DNA of 63,186 nucleotides, filler included, from Basidiobolus ranarum (taxonomy: Eukaryota): NCBI GenBank assembly GCA_040143965.1. It is 16 parts of 16 records of this genome, joined end to end, with 100 filler letters (N's around TTAATTAATTAA, not from the genome) between each part and the next. Parts side by side here need not be neighbours in the genome. Positions count along the whole stretch, not along the records: positions 19,847 to 23,708 come from JASJQH010009121.1; positions 23,809 to 27,664 come from JASJQH010009122.1; positions 27,765 to 31,620 come from JASJQH010009123.1; positions 31,721 to 35,572 come from JASJQH010009124.1; 12 more parts are not named here. One strand, written 5' to 3'. The notes under the pieces are model-generated. The model saw only the letters and a program-made list of their open reading frames with translations. It ran no database searches and was not told the origin of the DNA. The position numbers and the translations under genes are program-made. Of this stretch, positions 23,618 through 33,870 are shown piece by piece. The stretch's first letter is position 1. Each line of letters begins with the position of its first letter.

Positions 23618-23708
23618 TGTTGAAATTATTTAGGGAGAAATATTGGTCTGGCCAGGATTTGAACCTGGGGCCTCCTTCACTCTAGCAAGGTGCTCTAACC
23701 ACTGAGCT
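23618..23708 (-). mobile_element. Truncated second copy of the tRNA-containing LTR (tRNA-like part 23644-23708)
   Basis: Reverse complement AGCTCAGTGGTTAGAGCACCTTGCTAGAGTGAAGGAGGCCCCAGGTTCAAATCCTGGCCAGACCAATATTTCTCCCTAAATAATTTCAACA is near-identical to 61927-62017, ends in canonical ...CAACA, and interrupts a gypsy integrase. Confidence 0.88.
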
Positions 23709-24191
23709 NNNNNNNNNNNNNNNNNNNNNNNNNNNNNNNNNNNNNNNNNNNNTTAATTAATTAANNNNNNNNNNNNNNNNNNNNNNNNNNNNNNNNNNNN
23801 NNNNNNNNGGATACAGATTTATAGGATACAGATTTCATGTATTTTGCTATTTGTGGGGTGCTTAGATATTATCTGATTTAAACTGATGGAAATAGTTTGA
23901 GTGTTTCCGATTTAAGTTCATAATATTCTGATGTGATGCTGATTTAATATCTGTACAATCTCCAATATTGCTGCTTTAATATCTATGTACAATCTCCAAT
24001 TTGGTGATTAGGTGAGTGACTAACTATTTAAAGAAAATCAACATAATAGGTAACTCTCACCCTAAGTAACTGGCAATTATAAAATAGCAATAACAAATAC
24101 ACACGAACAATCAAAGTCAATACCAACTTCAGTAAATACACAAATATATTTTATTAAACAAAACTAATGGACATTGGATTCAAGGTGACAA

Positions 24192-25007
24192 CTACTTGTG
24201 GTTCATCTCTGAGACGAGGTCATTCATGGCACAATTGGCATACTGCAACCAGCCCCCATTCGCGCGATTGCAGTTATCAGACCAAGGATCACTACCGTCG
24301 ATCGACAGAAAGATAGAATCGCCATTGCCAGCTAGCCCAGATCCCCAGCATTTTGCATTTCCCGTCCGCGAAACCTTCCCTCCCCAGTTTGGATAGCAGA
24401 AGTCCCCACCGGCGATGCGATAACACTGCCTTCCAAAGACTCCAGCTCTTGTTTGCGATGGATTACCACCCATGTCATCAACATACTGACTAAGCCCAGC
24501 ACCGTCCCGCAAGCTGTACTGTCCGAAGTTTTGCCCAGTGATATTCGCCATGAATTGCCATTTTTGATCAATCTGAATTGTGGCCTCGAAGACAGTATCT
24601 TGGTCGGAGTGGATTGCATCAACACGTAGTCTGTAACGCTGCCCTGGTTGCCAGTCGACTTTCATCAAAGCCTGCTTACCAGGCTTTTCCTTGGATTTTT
24701 GATAAGCAACATTTGGACCAATATTCGTAACTTCTGCCTTTTGATTTTCACTCTTATCAAAGAGAGAGAAGGTTATCAATCGCTTGGTACCACTGTCGGC
24801 TTGTAAACCAAAGTAGCCATCAGCGAATCCTACAACACCCCAAAGTCCTGGCGATCCATCACCCCCTGAAGGAACTTCAATATCGGACTCGAAACTGGTT
24901 ACAGGACCAATATTCCAACCTGGAAATGAGGTAGCGAGATTTATGTTCATTCCATGGGCCACAGACGATAATGCGGGTAATAACACTAGCGGAAGAAACG
25001 TTCTCAT
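24192..25007 (-). CDS. Secreted DUF3472-like protein A, 271 aa
   Basis: Start MRTFLPLVLLPALSSVAHG at ATG 25007 (signal peptide); GFADGYFGLQ, LITFSLFD, WQPGQRYRLRV, WQFMANI, QYVDD, FGRQCY. Family assigned from remembered motif pattern, not a search. Confidence 0.85.
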   Translation of the reverse strand: MRTFLPLVLLPALSSVAHGMNINLATSFPGWNIGPVTSFESDIEVPSGGDGSPGLWGVVGFADGYFGLQADSGTKRLITFSLFDKSENQKAEVTNIGPNVAYQKSKEKPGKQALMKVDWQPGQRYRLRVDAIHSDQDTVFEATIQIDQKWQFMANITGQNFGQYSLRDGAGLSQYVDDMGGNPSQTRAGVFGRQCYRIAGGDFCYPNWGGKVSRTGNAKCWGSGLAGNGDSIFLSIDGSDPWSDNCNRANGGWLQYANCAMNDLVSEMNHK

Positions 25008-25400
25008 GTTTAATGACTTTATGATGCCAATCTGATGAATATGGTACAGGCAATATGTAGCATTTATATACAGTTGCAGCACAAGTACTAATGTGGCGGT
25101 TCCTTATCTAGACCGGATACCGAGAAAATAAGAGGCTTTCGGAAGGAAAAATGTTTCATCGAGAAATATCTTGCCTAAAACAAACCTTAGACAAGGCTGA
25201 TTTTTTTTAGGTGGCAACTCACCACATGATTGTTGTCCAGGAACAAAACTCCTAAATAGGCGAACCATGTGGTCTTAACGTATTATCAGCCACTCGACCA
25301 TTCCATTTAGAAGAGAGCATGAACTTTTTCCTTCTATAGCAGTGAACTTTTCCCATATAAAGTCTGCGTTCTTGGTTGCTGACTACACTAAAGTTTTATC
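25008..25400. promoter_or_regulatory. Putative bidirectional promoter (393 bp)
   Basis: Divergent ATGs at 25007 and 25401. TATA-like elements face each gene (about 25063-25070 minus, 25356-25361 plus); inverted pair ACCACATG (25221) / CATGTGGT (25266). Confidence 0.55.
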
Positions 25401-26513
25401 ATGAAGTTCAAATTGCTCCTGACAACGACGGTTTCTGCATTCCTTCTTTGCGCCAAGTATATTGATGCCTTGGACGTTTTCCTAAACGGCCCCATCGGAG
25501 GTTCAATCAACGGCTTTCTAACATCAATTGAAATTCCTGTGGGTTATGATGGAGTAAATACGTACTTCTGTGGAGCTGCCTGGTGGCTAGGTTATTTCGG
25601 TTTGCAAAGAGTTGCCGAAAATGACCATAACACCATCTTTACTCTATGGAACATTGGAAATCATACCGCCAAAATTATCGATGCTCATCCTGACGCTCAC
25701 TTTGTAACATGTGAGAAAAATTGTGCGGAGGGTTCGGCTGCGCAAATCACTGTACATGGGGACTTTTGGAAACCCGGCACGAAGTATTGGCTGAAGGTAG
25801 AGATTGATCGGGACGGCAAGGATCTTATATACGTTACTTCTATATACAAGAACAATGAGTGGCAGCTGGTCGGTAAGATACTTGGCCCTGATTATAGTGA
25901 GCTCTTGCAAGTCCCTGCCAATTATTTCTATCAGTTCATTGAGGACTTTAGCAATGGTATGAATTCCGAGGGCTTGAGTGTTCCCAGGCGTGTAATATAT
26001 GGCGATCAGTTTTACAGAGTTGAAGGTTCCGATAAATGGGGACCCATTACACATATCTCTCCTGCGACTTCGCGTCATGCTCAACGTTTATACGATGACT
26101 TCAATTACTCTGCTAATATCACCAAAGGTGGAAATGGCTATGTCCTGGCTCTTGATGGATACTTGCCCAAGGGTGACTATGACCGCACCTACATCCCACC
26201 GTTTAACTATCTTGCCACCAACATCACGCTTCCTTCGTTCTTAGGGATGGACACTGTGAAACTGCCACTTCAATCGTATCTCAAGCAGGATCTCAGAGTT
26301 GTCGACAAAGGCGGACCTTTAGTCGCAGAGTCGTCTGCCACTTGTTCAAGACCAGTGCTTCCTCCAACATACACCTCTCCAGTTGTCCAGGCTACACCGA
26401 CATCTGTTAACAAGAAATTCAGAATATCGAATGACAATGGTATTCAAGTTGCTCATGATATCTCAAGATCCTGTTCAAGGCCAGTTCAACCTCCTACTTA
26501 CACCCAATCGTAG
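25401..26513 (+). CDS. Secreted DUF3472-like protein B, 370 aa, with a Pro/Thr-rich duplicated C-terminal motif
   Basis: Signal peptide; TYFCGAAWWLGYFGLQ, TIFTLWN, WKPGTKYWLKV, WQLVGKI, QFIEDF, YGDQFY; clear paralogue of protein A. Confidence 0.88.
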   Translation: MKFKLLLTTTVSAFLLCAKYIDALDVFLNGPIGGSINGFLTSIEIPVGYDGVNTYFCGAAWWLGYFGLQRVAENDHNTIFTLWNIGNHTAKIIDAHPDAHFVTCEKNCAEGSAAQITVHGDFWKPGTKYWLKVEIDRDGKDLIYVTSIYKNNEWQLVGKILGPDYSELLQVPANYFYQFIEDFSNGMNSEGLSVPRRVIYGDQFYRVEGSDKWGPITHISPATSRHAQRLYDDFNYSANITKGGNGYVLALDGYLPKGDYDRTYIPPFNYLATNITLPSFLGMDTVKLPLQSYLKQDLRVVDKGGPLVAESSATCSRPVLPPTYTSPVVQATPTSVNKKFRISNDNGIQVAHDISRSCSRPVQPPTYTQS

Positions 26514-27764
26514 TCAGAGTAATTTCAATTCAATCTAGCTGTTGTTACGAGTTGATTTGCTTGTTGTTGTTAATAAAGAAAATTTGTTTTATACTGTGTA
26601 TGGTTAAGGACGAATGCATGAATATATTGAGTCAGCTTTGGAATTTATTTTGTTTCGATTTATGTTAGAATGAGGTTCAATGCTGGAACGGGTTGTATCA
26701 ATTTAGCTTACGCACCAACCACTTCTGCCTAATTCCTCGGCATAGTTGTGTTTCCATTTATGGTGAGGAATATGAGATCCAGAATAGCCTCATATATTGC
26801 TAAATATGTAGGAAAGCATCATATGAAACCATTAAATCTCCAAATCTTAGGTGTTGTTGGTTATTCGGTGGCACGGTTGGTATTGGATAGTTTATCCATG
26901 GATAAAACCAAAAGTAAATCTACATTCAGATAAAATTATTCCTGATTAGCCATTTTGAATCAATGCGCTCAGTGATCGCTATTTTCATTTACCGCCAAAG
27001 TGACCAATAGCAAGTAGCTAAAAAACTACTCCTATATTGGTCAAAGATCTCGTTTACCCTGTACATTGAAATTTACTGGGGTAAAGAAGGTCAAACATTG
27101 GGCAATAAAGTATTTTCCGATCCCCTTATCACCTCATTAGGTAGCTCTGGCCCAGGTTAGTTCATTACGAATGTGGCAAGGTGGCTCGGCCAAAACTAAT
27201 CGATGATCTGTGATCACGATTTTCCCGCGATGAAACTACTGCATGCCGATCTGAAATCTAGAGCCATTCGGTAAATGGGTTATCCTATCCTGATGAACCG
27301 ATTGGTGTTACACAGATTTGTGTTTCGCTTTTTCGCCTTTTAATGAATAGTTCTCGGAGTAAGATAATACTAATATTTCTTAGAGTCAGAAGGACTCAAG
27401 ATTTTCAGACTAGCTGTTATCAGTACGTATCTTGTACTCAATGTTCTTCTTATTGCTAATACTCATTTTGTCAGTTAGCTAGAGGTTAAAGTTGATTTGG
27501 TTCTTATTTTTATTGATTCGTTGGTTTAAAAAATACTTTCAAAACTTTCAATTAACCAAAGACCTACAAGTACTGTACACTGTCTCTAATAATCAACTTT
27601 ACACTCACTTTTTTATGTGGTTTCACCTCCCTTTAAGCAGGGTTTGGAAATTAGTAACATTACANNNNNNNNNNNNNNNNNNNNNNNNNNNNNNNNNNNN
27701 NNNNNNNNTTAATTAATTAANNNNNNNNNNNNNNNNNNNNNNNNNNNNNNNNNNNNNNNNNNNN

Positions 27765-29010
27765 GGGCTTTGATGGAGATGTTGATACAAACTTGTGTTG
27801 GGTATGAGCTAAACCTTGGGTATGAAGAACTCTATAAAAATATTAAGGAGAATATATCAAAGAGACTAGTGATTTTGTAGGTGACAAATTAGCATTTAAT
27901 TAGTAATTGTGTAAAATTAGAGTTACATTTTTCTCACATGTGTTGATCCATAGTTCTCTGAGATTGAAGCCAATTGTGTGCAACTATTTTGTGAGATCTT
28001 GAATTATCACTCCTGAAACTGAAAAAATTGATTAAAATCAAATCTAATTTGCCAATTTTATGACAATAAGTAAATGGTGATTCCCAAATGGATTAAAATG
28101 GTGATGGTTTTCCTGCAGTAGCAAACCTCAAATCTCTCTTAGGGAAAGCTGTCTGGACCTACTAGTTTCATTAAAGTTGCATGTCTACTTACATCATTCT
28201 GGTTATATAACTGTGGTAACTCAATGGTTTCTTGACTTTTAGCAGTGTTACCAAAACTTTGAGGCAAAGTGCATCCAGTGGACTCAGTGGGCAAAACTAA
28301 AGTCCATTTTGTGTGCTTATTACTCTTGCTGTTCACCAGGCTTAGTGCAGCTGGTAGCTTTGTACAGAGACCATGCTTATGATTTTTTTTTCCATGAAGC
28401 CTCCAGCTTTTTTAGCACAAGAATTTGTAACAAAGATGGTAAGTCTTCATAAAACAATTGTGTTACAGTATGAGAAGGATATTGATAAGAAAGAGCATCT
28501 CCTTTGCAAGGGTGATACTTTAGGTATAGCCCATCAATATCATCAGCTGATTCCGCAATGGTATTGTAGATGAGTCATCATAGGATTTACAAGTTATTTG
28601 TGGTAATGGATGGCAATTTTAGTTTACTATAAGCTGTTTCTAAGCAGTTGGATTAAGCCAAGTTTACCATCTGCAAATTTAAATGTCAATCACAAAGTCT
28701 TCAAAATCTAAATCATAATTGGCTTCCAAGCAAAAGCCTGCTGGCACAAAAGGAAGAAAACCAGCAAAATCAGAGGACTTCATTGATGATCAGTCTAGCA
28801 ATCCACTATCCACTTTGGAAGGATTTAATATTCTGGTAACTAACTCAAGTAATGATGAAGCATTAATCACTTTACCAAATGTGTTTCTTTCCAGCCATAG
28901 TGCAAGTGAAGAGCTTGTAATCCTCCAATTACATAGTAAATCAATAGTTGAGCAAAGTTTATCAGAAACACCATCAATACTATCAACTACCAAAATGGCT
29001 ACTCTGCCAC
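27765..29010 (-). mobile_element. CMC element pieces: left terminus (ends TTAGGG at 28144) abutting the inter-ORF region and start of ORF2 of another copy (ORF2 reads on +)
   Basis: 27765-28144 matches 36322-36700. 28145-29010 matches the reverse complement of about 52080-52950; SKQKPAGTKGRKPAKSEDF...NDEALI.LP. Confidence 0.8.
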
Positions 29011-29989
29011 CTAATATACCTGTTCCATTGGACCAGGTCAGATTGTGATGCATGATCCAACCTGCTAACACACCATCTAGTGCAATCTGCCAATTATTGT
29101 GGCTAGGTCCTATAGCACTCAATTGAACACTATAAGGTATAACATGGCACTATCCCATATCAATTGGACACAATGATTTTTTTGGAGATATTCTGCCAGT
29201 CCATACCAAGTAACCCCATTTGGTATTCCCAAAATAAGATTTTGGGTACCTGACAAAGCAAGTTCATCCTCTAGTTTATTACATATCAGATATTGAATGT
29301 GTATTAATAAACAATATATACTGTAACTTACCAAATCAGATGTATAACCAACATATTCACATGTTTTTAGGCAAATTGTTTGTCTCTTACTCACTCAATA
29401 CCCTGATCTTCAATAGGGCCTAATGGCTCCTGCATTAGGAAACACCAGTAGTTTTGTCACACCAATGATAAATCACAGTACCTGGTGATGGAAAAATCTG
29501 CATTATGATAGTATTGAACAGGATTCCTTGATTGATCATTTTTAGACCAGCAAATTATTCATTCAATCTTGCTAGCTTCTAATTTGGTGAGAATGCAAAC
29601 AGATTGAGTCATATTGAGCCAATATGGTGGCACAAGTTTGTTATTGACAGACATTTTCATTTAATTGTAGTGAAATTGCTTGTAATAATATGCTATCCAT
29701 GATTTTTTTGATATATGACAATTTCATGATATTAGTACTTTGTAAAGACATAAGCAATTGTGATCTAACTAAAGCAATTTCTGCTATATATAAATGCAAT
29801 ACATATTGCTTTTACGTGATACACTAAGCAGTAAAAATAGGATAATGTATGTTTTAACAAGAGCTTTCAGCAGTTGCCTAGGTTTGAAGCAGTACATGCT
29901 GATTTGCTTCGGTTATTTTTGTTGTGTCCTTGATATTTCCACGGAAGGAACATTGCTTGAAACTCTGCACTGGGTTGATTAGTTTGATC

Positions 29990-30690
29990 CTGCTGAAGTT
30001 CTTCTATCTTATGCCAGCATGAGCTGTGGCTTGAGGTTGAAGCATTGTTGTATGTGTTGGCTTGTCTGGTGTAGTCTGCGGTTTGTTTGTATCTACAGTC
30101 TCTTCTTCACATGTGGAGCCTTCACCTATTGGGTCAACCAGCCATTGCTACTGGCATGCAGCTCTACATGTTCACCTGGAATGTCTCACTTGAGGTTTGT
30201 GCTTGACAGTTATTGATTCTTCAACCATGGTTGAAGCTTCATCTCTTTTGGCTGGCCATGGCCATGGTTGCATGGCAGTATGTGTTGGAGTCATTCATTG
30301 ACCTGGAGGTTTGTATTGGGCAGCTCTTGCCTTTTAACCATGGTAGAAGTTTCATCTCTTTTTACTGGGCTTGGCCATGGTTGCATGGCAGTATGTGTTG
30401 GAGCAAGTATTCTACCATGTGGTTTGTGTTTGGTGGTTGTTCTTTCTTCACCCACAGTGAAAGCTTCATCTCTTTTAACTGGCATTGGCCATGGTTGTAT
30501 TCCAGTATATGTTGGAGTGAGTTGTCTACCTTTAGGTTTGTGTTTGATATTTCTTGCCTCTTCAACCATGGTTGAAGTTTCATCTCCTTTGACTGGCTGC
30601 TGTAACTCTGTTGCATGACACAACACATTGGAACATATTGTCTACCTTGAGGTTTGTGTTTGACTATTGTGGCTTCTTCAAGCTCAGTAA
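29990..30690 (-). repeat. Array of about 6 degenerate 114-bp (38-codon) tandem units inside an unclassified CpG-depleted element extending to about 31620
   Basis: GGTTTGT anchor at 30080, 30194, 30308, 30421, 30535 and 30651. The minus strand encodes repeats such as TSTMVEEARNIKHKPKGRQLTPTYTGIQPWPMPVKRDE. Confidence 0.85.
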
Positions 30691-32194
30691 GTGCTTCACT
30701 ATCTCTCTCAAACACCCATTGTTTTGGTCTTATGGTGATACAAGTTGTAATGGATTGCTGTCTTATTAGACCCTCAGGTGTCAGATCTTTATGCAACAAA
30801 GTGGAAGGTCTGATAATTCTTGCAGTTGGCCTTTGTTGCTGTTGTGTGATAGTATGTGTTAAACCAGTATGTCTGTCTGGTGACATGCTCCTTAGAGCTG
30901 ACTCTTCTCCAGATGTAACAAGCTCACTGGTTGGTTTGGTTGAATCAGGTAAATTGTGCCCCATGTTATGTGAGAATGCGGGCCATCCTCTTTCTGATTC
31001 TTCTTCCACTGCTTGCTCCTCACCAAAAATGGGAGAAATACAATGGACCCTTCCAAGCTGGCATTGCTGTCAATGTGTACTACTAGCTGATGAACCACCT
31101 TGTTAGGCTCTTGCCCTTGTTGGAGGTGTTACCTCTATTCTAGTAGTGAGTTTTGTAGATTCTTCTTGTGAAATAGATACCTTGCCATGGGTTGTCTTCA
31201 AATTAGAGTGATCTAGTAGGTCCGTGCAATGGTCTGGACTGCTCCAATTTGCCTTTGGGAATATCTTCTGATTCACTCACTTGTCTTGCTTTTCTCTTTA
31301 CATCTCTGTTGATTACTCTTACCATCATGTCCTAAAATGTGATTTGGACTCTTCAACCTCCATCAATGGTTGCTGCAAAGTCTCAGTGGAAAGTGGTAGA
31401 TATCTACTTAGAGCTTCTTTGGTCTCTAAAGTTGAGGCTGCAACAGTTGCTTCTGGTCCATACAAGCAAAAACACAATTGGAATTGTATCATTGCAGACT
31501 TGAAATTGAAATACCTATTTCTCAATTCCTGCTTTGTATTCTCATGAGCCTTATTGCATATATTCTTGCAGACTTCAGAAGGCATGAAGATATAGTATTT
31601 GCTCCAAAGCAGAGTCAAAANNNNNNNNNNNNNNNNNNNNNNNNNNNNNNNNNNNNNNNNNNNNTTAATTAATTAANNNNNNNNNNNNNNNNNNNNNNNN
31701 NNNNNNNNNNNNNNNNNNNNCACATTTTTGATAGCTATCTGGCTTATTCTTTTCTTATCCCTGGCAGGTATGACTGCTTCTACTATTTGTGACGCCATTC
31801 TATATTAGTTCTACATTGTTTATATTAGTGAATTTGGACTAGGCTGTCTATAGCATTGATAGTTATTGCCACCCTATATATATATACAGATATTCATAGA
31901 TACACTCCACTTCTCAAACATTCTCAAGCCACATCTGTGTTCACTAGATGACTCATTGTAGGAAATAGTTACTAAAATATAAATGAACTTGACCACTTAC
32001 ATAGTCTTTCAGAGGAAACCAAAGATGATATTTTGGTCACTGAAATGTTGAACAATGAACACATAGCATAGTATCGTAATTTTCACGTGAAGGGGGATTC
32101 TAACCAATCGCTATCTATCCGAAATGTATGATCATATAAATATTGAAGTTATTCAGTTCATGGAATACGAAAATCCTTTGTTAAACCTCTTATA

Positions 32195-33172
32195 ATGGAT
32201 GTATTAAGATTTATGGTTGGTGAATTTCCTGCTTTGGTACGAGACCGCTGGGTGTACCAAAGTTATGACCCAACAGAGCGGTTAGATTCAAAGGTGGTTA
32301 TTGTAACTGGGTCGAATTGTGGTATCGGTTACGAAACGGCTAAAGCTCTGTATCGCTTGGGTGCTCGAGTAATTCTTGCTTGCCGATCCCGAGAAAGAGG
32401 AGAGAAAGCAGTAGAGACCATGATGGAAGAGTGCAAAACTTCATCTGAAGCTATAAAGCCAGAAGTACCTGAGGGTCCAGTAGGAGAAGTAGAGTTTATG
32501 GAATTGGACTTGGCTTCTTTTAAAAGTATTCGTAGGTTTGCTGAGGAATTTTTAAGCTTAAATATACCACTTAATATTTTGATCAATAATGCCGGAGTCG
32601 GAGGGTTTCCTGGTAAAACTGAAGACAACTTTGAAGTCACATTTGGTGTTAACCATTTAGGTCATTACTTGTTAACCCGACTCTTACTAAAGAAACTTGA
32701 CGAGTCCGCGCCATCTCGCATTGTAAACGTTGCTAGTGAAGGTCATTACTATCCCAAAGCCATAGATTTGGATAGCTTTACCAAGGGGTTCAGTGGACTC
32801 GACCTTATCGCTTGTTATTGCCAATCGAAGTTGGCCAATGTACTTTTCACCCGAGAACTTGCCAAAAGATTAGAAGGACACCAAATCAATGTTTACGCCC
32901 CACATCCTGGTGGCGTAGCTTCGGAAATATGGAGAGAGTACCCTGCTATAGTCATGAACCTTTTGAAGAGATTTATGCTCGATAATCAACAAGGTGCTTC
33001 CTGTTCGCTCTACTGCGCTACTTCTGCCGAGACTGCTGATGATACTGGAAAGTATTACGAATTTTGTAAATTGAAAGAGCCAAATCCTGCTGCTCTTGAT
33101 GATGATGCTGCATTAAGACTGTGGGATAAAAGTGCTGAGTGGACTGGTCTCGAGAAAGACATTTGGGCATGA
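32195..33172 (+). CDS. Short-chain dehydrogenase/reductase, retinol dehydrogenase (RDH12/WWOX)-like, 325 aa
   Basis: TGSNCGIG, LACR, LDLAS, NNAG, VNHLGH, catalytic YCQSK, HPG; intronless. Confidence 0.95.
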   Translation: MDVLRFMVGEFPALVRDRWVYQSYDPTERLDSKVVIVTGSNCGIGYETAKALYRLGARVILACRSRERGEKAVETMMEECKTSSEAIKPEVPEGPVGEVEFMELDLASFKSIRRFAEEFLSLNIPLNILINNAGVGGFPGKTEDNFEVTFGVNHLGHYLLTRLLLKKLDESAPSRIVNVASEGHYYPKAIDLDSFTKGFSGLDLIACYCQSKLANVLFTRELAKRLEGHQINVYAPHPGGVASEIWREYPAIVMNLLKRFMLDNQQGASCSLYCATSAETADDTGKYYEFCKLKEPNPAALDDDAALRLWDKSAEWTGLEKDIWA

Positions 33173-33870
33173 GTTAAGAGTACTCCAATATTAACCTAGA
33201 TGTTTGCTTCCTCAAGCTTAAAATAAATCATTCCTTCTTTTACATGGCCAGATCGCTAGATATGCATGAGCTTAAACTATGAAATATCTGGTAATCTTTT
33301 GCAGTCTAACATATGTGCTAATCTAACTATGATTTTAACTATCGTACACTCTGAAGGTCGATATATCCAAGTCATTATGGTTTCAAGTCCAAGTAATGGG
33401 TTTCAATGGAGTTATTTCTCTTCTTGTTTAAGTGGTTGAAAAGATGGTTGTGGCGCTCTATAGAGGCAATACTTAGCGGTGAGAGTAACTACGAGAACAC
33501 AAAGTAACTTGATTTCAAGTAGATATATATTTTATCAAAAAAAATATAAAACGAGGTAGACAGAAGGATTTCTATAATCCAAGGGGATCTCTACAATATC
33601 TTTTCCATAACCAACGCTAAAAGGCAACTAGAGTGGTTATTCCAATGTATTGGTTACGATTGTAATTTTGTTATGTTCTGGACAAGTTTTGATTGCCAGC
33701 TTGATAGTCTTAAGTCCTAGATTTTCAACATAACGACCATTTGAAAGAATTCCTGCTTCATGGATAGATAGAAAGATTATCTCATTGCTGATGGTGGTGC
33801 ATCAGCACGTAATAAACAAGGCATATCGACATGTCCATGAGAGAAACGTTGTTTGAACATCTGCAACCCC

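Noticed and set aside
23809-24000. Short duplications GGATACAGATTT x2 and TTTAATATCT..GTACAATCTCCAAT x2
   Set aside because: Two-copy slippage-type repeats at a contig edge with no further structure.
30654-31106. Cys-rich ORF (GLCCCCVIVC) resembling a metallothionein or toxin
   Set aside because: Probably the antisense reading of a decayed repeat; TG-rich codons are expected after CpG loss.
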